Assembly (NCBI GenBank): GCA_945906945.1 | Contig: CAMDSZ010000001.1 | Span: 1-47,732, forward strand | Source: Akkermansia muciniphila | GTDB lineage: Bacteria > Verrucomicrobiota > Verrucomicrobiia > Chthoniobacterales > Chthoniobacteraceae | Length of the DNA stretch: 47,732 nt | Direction of reading: 5' to 3' | Shown: positions 11,201-23,200 of the stretch, piece after piece | Layout: each line of letters opens with the position of its first letter | Position numbering within the stretch: position 1 is the stretch's first letter | Program-made: the position numbers and the translations under genes | Notes under the pieces: generated by a model | Databases searched by the model: none | What the model was told of the DNA's origin: nothing | What the model saw: only the letters and a program-made list of their open reading frames with translations

Positions 11201-14200
11201 TTACTGGACGGTGGTACCGTCCAAGCTGTGGTTAGTTCTGTGATTGGAGAGGGGCAACTCCGCATCGGAACGGCTTCAGCCTCTGCCATCTCTGGGACAA
11301 CGTTTACCGCGTCTGTTTACTGCGACCCGGTTCCCACACAGATCACTGTGTCGAATGTTACGCCATTCGTGCAAAACTCGGTTGAACAGACGGGAAATGT
11401 GATTGCAGGCGGGCGTGCCCACTCACTGGTGGCCACCACCGGTGGCGTGCTGGCATGGGGGGAGAATAATCTTTTTCAAGCTGGCGCACTGAGCTTCGCT
11501 GATGTGGCGACTCCCCAGTTGATTTCGGCTACCAACGGCTTGCAGATTTCGCAGGTCAGCGCCGGACGCGAGCATTCAATGGCGCTTAGTGATGGAGGAA
11601 CGTTGTTGGCGTGGGGTCGGAACGATAGCCGCCAGCTAGGTGCTGATCTGCATCCGCGAGTGGTGAGCGGTTCCGCTTCGGTTGCGGCTGGAGGCACCCT
11701 TACTGGGAGCGGTACCAGTTCGGTAATTCAGCTGGCAAGCGTCGATGGAATCACCCGAGGGATGTCATTTACGGGTGCTAATTTGACTGGGACAACGCCC
11801 AAGGTGAGAGAAGTGTTGTCGGGCCAGGGAGTCATGCTGTCAGGAGGGAGCGTAACATTGGCCGAGGGAGGCACGATGCTGAGTTTCCAGCGAATCACCG
11901 CAGGAACAGTTCATGGAACGGAGTACAGGATGACTGCGTATCCGATTTCCACTGAGGCATCTAATGTGGTCCGTGTAAGCAGCACTGCGGCGCTTGGCGC
12001 CTCGTCCAGAAGCAACAGGGTGGATCCCGCGTGGGCTGGAACGGTTTCGAGGACATTGACGATGGTGAGCACAGGTTCATGGGCTCCGGGAATGGCGGTG
12101 TACGGTACAGGCGTCCCTTCGGGAACGCGGATTGTTTCCGTGGACGACAGTAGCAACCAGGTAACACTGTCTGGTTCGGTAACGGTGAGTCCGAGCACGG
12201 TGTTGGACGCTCGCGGTTCGAGTCTTGGGAACGAACTTCTGGCGGGGCCGATGAAAGTGACGGGTTTCAGCGCGACCGGGCAGTCTTTCTCCAGCACCCT
12301 GAGGTTGGAACGGATTGTTGAGGGCCCGGCTGTTGTGCTGTCGGGGAACGCAAGTTTTGTCAGTGGAGGCTCGGCCGCATTAAGCGCCCGGTACGGGAAT
12401 CTCGCGCTCTCGGGGACGGTTGCGTTCACCGGCAGCTTGGTGGCGGGGACCACTCAGGTCGTCGTGGCTGGAACCTCCGGGCTGGAAATCGGGATGGAGC
12501 TAAGCGCCAGTGGAAGCCTTGCAGCCGGGACCACCATTCAGGAGATTGTGACTGGCAAACTAAAGCTGTCCTCTGCTCCGCTCATCTCTGGGGCATCCGT
12601 CCCGATGATCGCAACCCGTGTTGCTTCCAGCAGCCCGGTGGCGGTGAATTTGTCCGAGCTGCGACTGCCCGAGGCTGTATCCTCCGTGACGCGGCGTGTC
12701 ACCGATATTAGCAGCGGTGCACAGTTTAACTTTATCAAGACCTCGGACGGCCTGTTCTGGGCCTGGGGGTTGAACTCGGATGGGCAGTTGGGGGATGGCA
12801 CGTTCAACGACAAATCCATACCCACTGCATTCTTGTCACCGGCCGAAGAGACGTTTGCATGGATTGCTCCGGGTGGAAATCATGCATTGGCCACGACCAC
12901 CGGGGGGGGATTGTTCTCCTGGGGAGGCAATCAGTCGGGTCAGCGGGGTGATGGGACGACGAATACGGTGGCCGACCCTCAAAGACATAAGGGCATCACC
13001 GAATACTTTTTGCAGGCTCAGAGTATTCCCGATTCAGAAGGCCAGCAGCAGGTGCGCGCACGGGTAATTTTAAATGACTCCCAGAAAGTAGAAACGCTGG
13101 TAGTCGTGAAGCCGTCGGCCGCGAACTATGTGAGTCCAAATGCGCCGGTGATTACAAAACAGCCCGCATCGGTGATGGTAGCTGCGGGTGCGACTGCGAC
13201 TTTGACGGTGGAGGCGCGCTCTGAGCTGCCCCTGCAGTACCAGTGGATGTTGAACGGGGTGGATGTAGCCTTGGGCGGGAACAGCCCAAACTACGCGTTG
13301 ACCGATTCGCCGCGGACTCCGATCGCAGGGTTGTATTCAGTGAAGGTGAGTGACGAGCGGGGAAGCATCGTGTCCAAAACCGTGCAGGTTGCGGTGGTGA
13401 ACAGCCCGAGCGTGTTTGCGGAACCGGAGGCCCAAGTGATCCTTCCAAAAACGTCTACATCGATTCAGGTGCTGATGCAGTCTCAGTTCAAAACCTTGTT
13501 TAATTCTCCTCACGGACTTGTGGTTCGAGGAAACGGTGACCTCCTGGTTGCCGACCGCGATAACAGTGTCGTGCGCGTGATGAATGACGGGGGGTTTGTT
13601 GAGACATTGGTAGGGATTCCACAGCAAAGCGGCTGGGTTGATTCGGTGGGCAACCTTTCTCGGTTGTCCAGGCCCGAAGGGTTGACTGTATTGAACATCG
13701 GTGAATTTGAACTGGTGTTCATTACGGATCCGGGGTCGCACACAGTGCGTTGCCTCACTTGGGAGTTTGATAAATCTGTTGGCGATTTCGTGTACCGTTT
13801 GAGAACAGTCGCAGGTTTGCCAATGCAAGCTGGGTTTGTGGATGGCGATATGAAGGAAGCGAAGTTTAATTCGCCAATGGGAGTCGCTGGGTTTGTTTCC
13901 CAGAGGAAAGATACTTCGACGCAATTGCCGCTGCCCGATCAGTATGAGGTCTACCTGTATGTTGCGGACCTGAATAACCATGCATTGAGACTTGTGCTGC
14001 TGCCCGTGACTGTGAGTGAGGACGCGTTGGCCGCAGACCCAAGGAGCAAGCGGACCCTGCAAATCGCACCGAGCATGGTGGCAAGTGTCGCAGGTGCTAC
14101 TCCAATCACTCCAGGGCCGGGCAGCAACGACTCCGCTGCATCGGGACAGCCCGCGCAGTTCTTACTACCCTCAGATGTGGCTGTCCAAGCTGGGTCCAGC

Positions 14201-17200
14201 CATGCGGTGTACGTGGTGGATTCTGGAAATCACAGCATTCGGCGGGTTGAGGCGGATGCGCCCACCTCGCAGCGACTGGCCCAGGGAGTGATTGTTGGAA
14301 CCTACAAGGGGACTGGATCCACCTACATCACGTGGGGTTCTTCTCGCCGGCCCGACTGGGTCAGGCCTGGGATGAAAGTTTCCGCATCCGGATTTTTTAA
14401 GGATGAAACGTATGTGAGTCGGGTGGACGATGGCGGTGTCTTTGTGAGCCAACCCGCGCTTATTCAGGGGGTGACATCCGTGCAATTCACGGATACTCTC
14501 GTAAACTCAATTTTCACCACTTACACGTATGCCGGAACTCCGGGAATCTCAGGGGCGCAGGACGGAGCGGGGGTGCAGGCGCGGTTTTGGTTCCCGCAGA
14601 AAGTCGCGATATCTGGGGATGGTTCATTGTTTGTGTCAGATACAAACAATTGCCTAATTCGTAAGATTGCGCCCTCTTTAGATCCGAGGTCTGGGATTGT
14701 GCGGGTTTTTGCCGGGGTTGTGGGCAAGAGCGGATCTGTTGACGGGCCGGCCTCGATGGCCCAGTTCAGTGCGCCAAAGGGTGTTGCGGTTTCCGACGAC
14801 GGGTCGGTTTATATTTCCGATGACGGGTCGCATCTTATTCGGAAAATCTACGATTATTACGGGGATCGGATGGTGGCAACGCTCGGAGGGCTAGCCAAGT
14901 CTCCCGGCCACATGGATAGCGACCTTGTTTCTGAGTACATCTATCAGTGGAAGAAAAACGGAGCTCCCCTCGGTGCTGCGATTCGAGGCGAAGCAGGCCG
15001 TACGCTCACTTTGAGCGGCGACGCTGCTGATTCGGGAGTTTATGTCGTGGAGGTCACATCTGCGGCACTCTCGAGCTTTAAGTTCACCTCTCAACCGGCA
15101 CAGATCACGGTTCCGGCTTCGAGCGCACCGGTGGCATTCGTAAAGTCGATCACGGTTAGGGCGGGGAATACCTATCAACTGGGCGTCAACGACGTATTCA
15201 AGACGTACTTCCCAAAGCTTGACTGCAAACAATTCATATTTGAGCAGGTTGATTCGAGGCGGCAGACATTGCCGGAGTGGATACAGATTCCAGCTCAACT
15301 AGCCGGCCCAGATCAGGCAGTTGTATCCATCACTCCGAAGGCGGACGCAACCACCCAGTCCCTCGTGATCAGTGTTCTTGCTGATTTGGACGATGGAACA
15401 ACCAAGCTGGGTTATCTCCAATTCAATGTTCAAGGCGTTCGAGTGGATCAAGACTATAGGCCAATCATTGTCCAGCAGCCCACGTCATGGAACTCTACTG
15501 ATAGCGCCCTAATGAGTGACAGACTGGCGGTGAAGGTGATGTCTGGGGATGAATTCTCCACCAGTTATCAGTGGTACCAGAGACAGAAGCCGAGCGCCTC
15601 TTATCTCAGTTACTCAGGCGGTTCGCAGGTCAGTGTGAATTCGCTGTTGAGATCTAGGCAGGCTGCGACAACTGGGAGTCTTGCCCTCTCAATTCCGGTG
15701 TCTGGGGGAACGGGAAGTTCGTTATCATTGCCTCCACCCCTGACGGCGGGAATTTACGCGCTTAAGGTTACAAATAAAAAAGTGCTCTCAAGTTCGACGA
15801 ATACCGTCTTCACGCAGCAAGTCGTGTATAACACGTCAGGGAATTCAGCGGCAGCGACCGGTTCTTTTTCGACGGTCACGAATCAATCACTTGCTTCTGA
15901 CGGTTCTTCGGTCGAAACGGATCTCGTTCAGGTGGTGGTTTCCGGCCCGCCTCAGGTGGTGCAGCAGCCGTTCTCTTACCTTCAGTCGGAGGGCGACCGT
16001 GTGATTCTCAGGGTTTATCCGAAGACTTCCGCGAAATCCTTGATGAACGAACCGCGTGGAATTGCTTACAACAGCAGTGACCAATCCTTGTTATCGGTGG
16101 AGCGCGGCAATTACGCGGTTCGTTCCGTTTCTCTGGGCGGGGAAGTCGCCGACTTCGCCGGTTCGCGTTCGGATTGGGGCGGCGACGACTCCCGACTCTC
16201 GAGGGAAGCCCGATTTGGCAGAACTGACGGAGGCCCCGAGGGGTTGACCGTTGATACTTCGGGGACGGTGTATGTTGCTGATACCATGAATCATGTGGTT
16301 CGCATGATTTATGGGGGCACCGTTAGCACAATTGCGGGTGTCACAGGGTTCGCGGGTTCAACCAACGGTTCTGGCCAATCTGCACGATTCAACATGCCTT
16401 CCGGAATCGCCAGCAGGAACACAGTTGATACGAGCGGTTCGGAAGTTGTGATTCTTTATGTCGCGGACTCAGGCAACCATCTGGTTCGGAAGATTATGGT
16501 TTTGAACAAGGGCAAGACAAATCAGACTATTTCGGTTACGACGCTAGCTGGCGGAGCAGGAATTTCAGGCTATGTGAATGGCGACGGTTCCAGCGCAAGA
16601 TTCTCCGAACCGTTTGATGTGGCTTATTCAAACAACAAAGTGTTCGTGGCAGATTTTCAAAACCACGCAGTACGCTGTATTACCGATCACAACGACGGGA
16701 ATCCCGCAAATGTGACGGTTATCACGCTCGCAGGGGGTGCTCTGGTGGGAGGAACCGAGGTTTTTGGATTGGACATTCCGAATAACCCTGATTCCCCGCT
16801 TTCGGGATTGGACGCAGGATTGAAGGCGAAGTTTTTACATCCCACGGGCGTAGCCTCGGACGGTCAATTTGTCTACGTGGCAGACTGGGGTAATCATGTT
16901 GTCAAACGGGTATCTTTCCCGAGTCCGGGAGCCCAGCAGCAGTCGCTCAGAGTCGAAGTGATCGCAGGTGAGTCAGGTGTTCCAGGTGAATCAGGCGACG
17001 GTCCAGTCAAAGCAAAGGATGCTCGCTTCAAGGAGCCGACAAAAGTCGCCGTGGATCCTTTAGGGAATGTTTATGTTTCTGACTCTTGGAATCACGTGAT
17101 CAGAAAGATTGGCTTAGACCAAGTGATGACCACGGTTGCGGGTGTCGAGGGGCTTCCTGGTGATTTGAACAGCGACTTGCCAGTGGAATTTTATTATCAG

Positions 17201-20200
17201 TGGTATAAGGGCAATCGGCCAATCACGGGCGGAAGCGGAAATGCATCCTCCTATGAAATTAAGTCTCTCAGCTCCGCTTCGGAAGGAGACTACACAGTGT
17301 TGATTTCGAACGATGCCAGAATGAGTGCGTCCTTGATGAGTGCTTCTGCCTCGGTAAAAATGGCTACGCCCACGAGCATGAAGCTGGTGGACGTCATTGC
17401 GGGTCAAACCAGTATCATTGGGAAGAGTGTGATTCGATCAGGTTCTTTGGCCGTGGATCAGCTGCCGACATGGGCCCGGGTGGATAGTCTGGGGAATTTG
17501 GTTCTGTCGCCAAGCGTAATGGAGCCTGTCGGTCTTGTCTCTGGCACCTACGGCGGGGATCCACTGTTTGTAAATGTGGTGTCAAAGAAGCAGGGTATGC
17601 TCTCGCCAAGAATTCTCACCGAACCGATTGATATTCTGACCGGCGTCGGCCAGGACCTGAATTTGCGAGCAAAAGTCCAGCTACCGGGGGCTGCGGCAAC
17701 TGCTGTGGCAACACTTTCAGCTCAAAATGTCAAATGGTACAGGCTTGGTGCGGCTGGGGCGCTCGTGTCTTGCGGCACGCTAGGGGACGCCACTGGGGCT
17801 CGCTCTTCGTTACTGCCCGATGTTCTCCCTGAAACGTACGAGGTGAATTTAAGTTGCCCGCGCGTGCAGGCCGGTCAGGCCGGATTTTATCGCCTTGAAG
17901 TTACGCCGATCCAAGGCGGCGCTCCATTGATCTCGAATTGGATTCAAATCGTGCTTCAGGCTTCTCCATCTTTCGTTGAGCAGCCTGAACCCGAAAAGTT
18001 TTTTGTCGTGGGAGGGTCACTTTCAATATCGGCCGAAGTGCGGACGCCGGCGAAATCGCTGTTCCAGCGTCCGGTGGGTCTGGCGTCTTTGCCAAACACG
18101 TCGCGACTGATCATCGCGGACGAAGAAGATCGAACTGTCCGGATATCCTCCTCGGGAGGCCGAGTCTCTAACTGGTTAGGTGCATCGGGGATCAGCGGTT
18201 TTGCGTCAGGTTCGGGTGAAAATACACGCTTGGGCTCTGTTGAGGCAATAGCTTATGACCCCGGCATCGTGCTGAACTTGAGAAGTGCAAGGCTTACGGC
18301 AGGGTCCGCCTGGATTAAGGTAAAGGAGATCGAAGGCATACACCTAGGAATGACAGTCTCCGGGACTCTGGCGATCCCTGCCGGCGCGCAAATTGAGGAA
18401 ATCGGAGCGGCGGAAGGCTTTTTCCGAAACATCAAGTTGAGCACGACCGCGACTCAGACCCACGCCGAAGTCGATCTGGTTGCCACTAGGGCGAGCGCGA
18501 CTTATTTGGCGGACTCCGTCAACCACGTCATTTGTAAGGTGTCTATGGCCGGCGAAATGAGGGTACTCTGCGGTAGTTTGGGGGTTGCGGGCGACGGAGG
18601 GCTTTACTGTTCTTTGGATAACGCAAAGTTTAATGCACCTCAAGGAGTGGCGGTCGATCCATTGGATGGAACGGTTTATGTTTCCGATACGGGTAACCAC
18701 GCCATCCGGATGATTCAACAAGGGGTGCCAAGGGTGTATTTGGTCGCCGGGGGAACCTTTGGGGATACGCTGGCGTTGCCCTCTTACAGCTTCAAAGATG
18801 TGTCTCGCGAGGAGCTTGGAAACGGGTTTTCCACGTTCAGTCCGTTGGACGTGAAGTTTTATCAGCCCCTAGGGATTGCGGCACGCACTCGTCTTTTGAC
18901 TTCTTTGGATTTCCCGTTGGGTCGATATGTAACTGAGGTTTTTGTGGCTGACCGGATGAACCATGTGGTTCGGGTAATTCGATTAAACGCGCGGAAGCCC
19001 GACAACAGCTTTGCCGTGTTAAATTGGAGCGGTCTGTCTACCGATAAATCCGCTTATTTCAAAGAAGGCCTGTATGACAAAGTTCTCGGTGTGCTTACCT
19101 GGGCGGGTCAGCCCGGAATTAGCGGCGCGAAGGATGGAGCCGGTGATAGCGCTAAGTTTAATTTGCCTTACGGGTTGGCTCTCGACTTCGGCAACGAAGT
19201 GGATGGAAGTCTCTATGTTGCGGATCAAGGCAACCACGCGCTGCGGCGCATCGCTACAGAATTTGATGCACAAACCCTGGTTTTTAAGGATCAGGGGACT
19301 GTAGAAACCGTTGCGGGCATCTTAGGCGTGCCTGGCGCTGCAGATGGTTCTGTGGTCACTGATCCCGTTACGCAGGTTCAAACTGCGATTCCTTCGCGGT
19401 TGTCGTGGCCCACTGGTGTCGCTGTGAACTCGAGAACTGGAGAGGTTTTTGTGTCTGACACAGGGAATTTCTCCATCAGGGTTTTGAGGGACGGTGTTTT
19501 GCAAGCTTTTGTTGGTGAGCTGGGAGCAAAGGGATCCTTTAATAGCGCCGAAGTTTTGGATGGGTTCACTTACCAATGGTACAAAGATGGAAGCCCGATC
19601 GCAGTAAAGGGCTCCGGATTGCAAGGTGTCAATTCGGACACGCTCAGCAATTCGCCGATGGCTTTCAGTGATATAGGCGCATACCAACTGGAAGTCCGCG
19701 GGGCGACTACTCTGCGGAGCGCGGTCAGTTTGCTGCGCGCCGAGACTCCCATGCGATTCATTGAGAGTCCCTTGTCGTACGTTCAAAACAATACGTTGAC
19801 CAACAAGGGCGGTGTTTGGAACAATGATCGAGGGTTCGAGGTGGATCCTTACGGGACCGTCCGTCTTACAGCTACAGTATACGGGGCGGGAAACCTTGGC
19901 TATCAATGGAGCAAAAATGGCATGCCGTTGTCAGACGGAGCAAACCTTTCTGGTGCCGTACTCGGCGGGGTATTGTCTCCGAGTGTCACTTTGGGAAGAG
20001 GCGGATGGAAGAAAATTGACAGTGCAGTGGCTGGCCCGCGGCACTCTGCAGCAATCAGTGCGGGGACGCTTTACATGTGGGGAGCGAACGACGCTGGGCA
20101 ACTGGGGCTTGGGGATCGAGTGCCTAGATCGCTGCCGCAGGCTCTGCCTGCAAGTGCATTTGGTGGAAATCAGGTGAAGGAAGTCGCTCTTGGGCAGAGT

Positions 20201-23200
20201 CATACGCTTGTGCGAACAGCGGATGGGGCAATTTATGCGTGGGGTAGTAACGCTCAGGGCCAGCTCGGCAAGCCGTCCGGCGACAATATTCTTCAACCGT
20301 CCAATGTGGACATCGGGACCAAAAAGATCAGGGCGATTGCTGCCGGTTCCAACCATTGTTTGGCGGTCATTGACAAGTCCAGCGCAGGCGCAAACACGGT
20401 CCTAAGCTGGGGCGGGGGGCCTGATACGCCGGCTCAACTTGGCCGCAAAATCGCCGCCGGCAAATTTGTTGTTGCCTCGGGAGCCTATTCGGGCGAACTC
20501 ACCGGTGAAATTTGGTCAGATGCCGCCCTCGCCCAAGCGGTTTTTAGCATGACTGTAAATACAGACTCTGGGGTTTTCTCTGTGCCGCCGCGCATCTTAT
20601 CCGCTGCTCCAGCATCAGGCGCTTCGGCTACCAATCTGGTTCTAGATCAAAAAGCGCAACGTTCTGGGGTTTTTGCCGTCACTATCTCACACCCAGCATG
20701 GAAGCCTTCGCCGGTGATTTGCACTGTCAACGGCCAACTGCGATTGCTGAAGGCCTTTGATTTTTCAACCGAATCCGCTTTGCTTACGAAGTTGAAGAGC
20801 GACGGAAAAAAGCTGGGACTCGAAGCGGTCTCCTGCGTGTCAACCGGATTGGCGCATTCCTTGGTTCTAGGGGACGACTTGAACGTCTACGGGTTTGGCT
20901 CCAATGCGAAAGGCCAAGCGGGGCAGGTGGACACAGTTCAAATGCAAGAGGTCGCGTTGGCGATGCCGATTGAGACAGCAAATATCCGCGGTGAATTATT
21001 TAGATCGGTCGCAGCAGGGGATGTGCATTCCATAGCTTTGACTTCCAAAGGGGTGCTTGTGTCGTGGGGTGATAACAGTTCCAAGCAACTTGGACGATCG
21101 GTGATCAAGTCGGTTGAATCGAGCTTGGTAAGCACCAACACGTTGGTGGTTTCAGGAACGAGTATGCTGAAAGTGAATTCAATGGCGGCGTACTTTGAAC
21201 AGAATGTGGGAGGTGGAAAATGGGATGCTCGTTCAGGATGGTCCGGCAAATATGACTTGGGATTGAACATTTGGCCGCAGGTTTTCTCTCCAGCCTCAGC
21301 GAGAATCTCTGTGATAAATGCTAGTCGGGTTGTCAGGCTCGATGGGTTCTTCTCCCTGCCAGTCCCCACTATGCAGGGCCAACCGATTGAGGTGGTTTTT
21401 GCGGACATAACCAATTTCTCGGGGATGCCGAGAAAAGCCTTCTATGTAGAATCCGACCCAAAACAGTTAAGTTCCATTGCCTCGGGAGGCAGTTCAAACA
21501 TTGCGATCGGAGCGGATAGTAATGTCTATGTCTGGGGACGCAATGGGGGCCAGTTGGGGATTGAATGGCGAGATATCTCGGAATTGGCAGCCCCGCAGCC
21601 ATTGGAATTCTTCTCCTCGGTGCTGTGTAAAAACTCGCGGGCTGTGCGAGTATCCGTGGGCGGGCATGGCCATGACACCGGCCATGCCTTTGCGGTGGAT
21701 TCTCAGGGTATGCTTTTTGTGTGGGGCGACAACACAGCCGGACAACTCGGTGATGGATTGTTGGCGGAGCGGAGAGTGCCGAACTACAATGCGTTTTCAG
21801 ACTTTGGCAATTACACGCTGAAAGTGCGTTCAAGCGTGGATGGTCAACAAGACGAATCCGAGGGAGTGTTTCTCGTGCAGCCCGAGGTGGAGGCTTCGCG
21901 ATTCGGTGAGTGGCCAAGAGCACTTTTAAGCCCCGAGCTTCAGGTGAGCTACAAGGGGTCTGTAGCGATTAACATCCCTGGGCCAATGGGCTACCCTAAA
22001 CCCGATGTACAATGGGTCGATGGAGGGACGCGAAGCTTCGGAAATTCCTACGTGGTAAACAACGTCGAAAGTCTAAGGCAGGTATCGGTGACACTTGGGC
22101 AGCGTGACGGCTCCGGAAACTTTATTCCGCTGCCTAATCCGGATCTCTTGAGCCGATGGTCTTTTAATAACCCAGCTGAACCAGCAAGACTCACGGGAAG
22201 TTTTGATTACGCTTTTGAGTATCAACTCGGGAGTCAAACTGGGTTGACTTCCGGGTCTACGTACCAAACCACTCATGCAGCGGCGACGAGCGCCGCGCTG
22301 GCACTCCGCCCAAGTGACTCTAGTACGAGCAACTTGATCGTCGTGCCGTCTGTAAACCCGAATTATGAGCCGCTGGAGAGTTTCAGGGATGCTATGCTTA
22401 AGCAGAGGAGCTTACGCGACCAAGACTCCGGCAATTTCAGCGTGCGGACAGATGCTGGGCCTGCGGGCACTGCATCCTTCGTTGATTTGAGCGAATTGGA
22501 CCCGAGTGATGCGACGAAGGTGATTGCTGGGTCCGGAACAATCAAATTCAGTTCTGGTGCTCTGGCCGTTGGCGCGCTGAAAAGCGGCTCTCTAACGACA
22601 TTGACACCTGATGCCACGCGGGCTGCCAGCTACGTCTCCCTCCCCATGAGCTTGACTGGCGAGGAGATTGCAAGAGACGGTCTGACCGTAGAGGTTTGGG
22701 CAGCGCTCAATAACGCGACGGCATTCCCAACGATCTTTAGTTTGGACACTCCCAATAAAGCGGGCGCGGAACTTTGGGCGGGCTATTATTATGCCAAAAC
22801 TGACACGAGTCGCCCAGCTCTGTCCTCCTCGCTGGCTGATGCGGCAACGGCGACCGCCACGACTGCGATGCCGCTGGTACTTGGCAAAATCTATCATTGG
22901 GCTTTAGTTGTCAGTCCTGCAGCTGCCAAGGCGACGCTGTATCGAGACGGGGTGGAGGTGTGTTCCGTCCCAGTGAGTTTGGCAGATGTGGGAGCTCTTC
23001 AATTTGGAGAGCTGTGCTTGGGCAAATCTTTGACAAATGACGATCCACATTCCTCTGCTACGTATCTTGAGGCGCGCGTGTGGCGCCGGACCTTGAGCGC
23101 GGCTGAAATCAAACAGAACAGCGATTTGAAAGAAGATGCTGACTTCAGTTACAGCCGAAATTTCAAGGTCGTTCCAAGTGGATTCCGTCTACTGGTACCG

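Noticed and set aside
9926-14062. Long antisense or alternative-frame ORFs inside the giant gene, e.g. 13337..14062 (-, 241 aa), 9926..10570 (-, 214 aa), 19322..19906 (-, 194 aa), 11911..12453 (-, 180 aa) and 3301..3807 (+, 168 aa).
   Set aside because: All lie wholly within the 8,535-codon ORF. Their translations are R/P/H/C-rich low-complexity strings with no recognisable motifs. ORFs of this length are expected on the opposite strand of GC-rich coding sequence.
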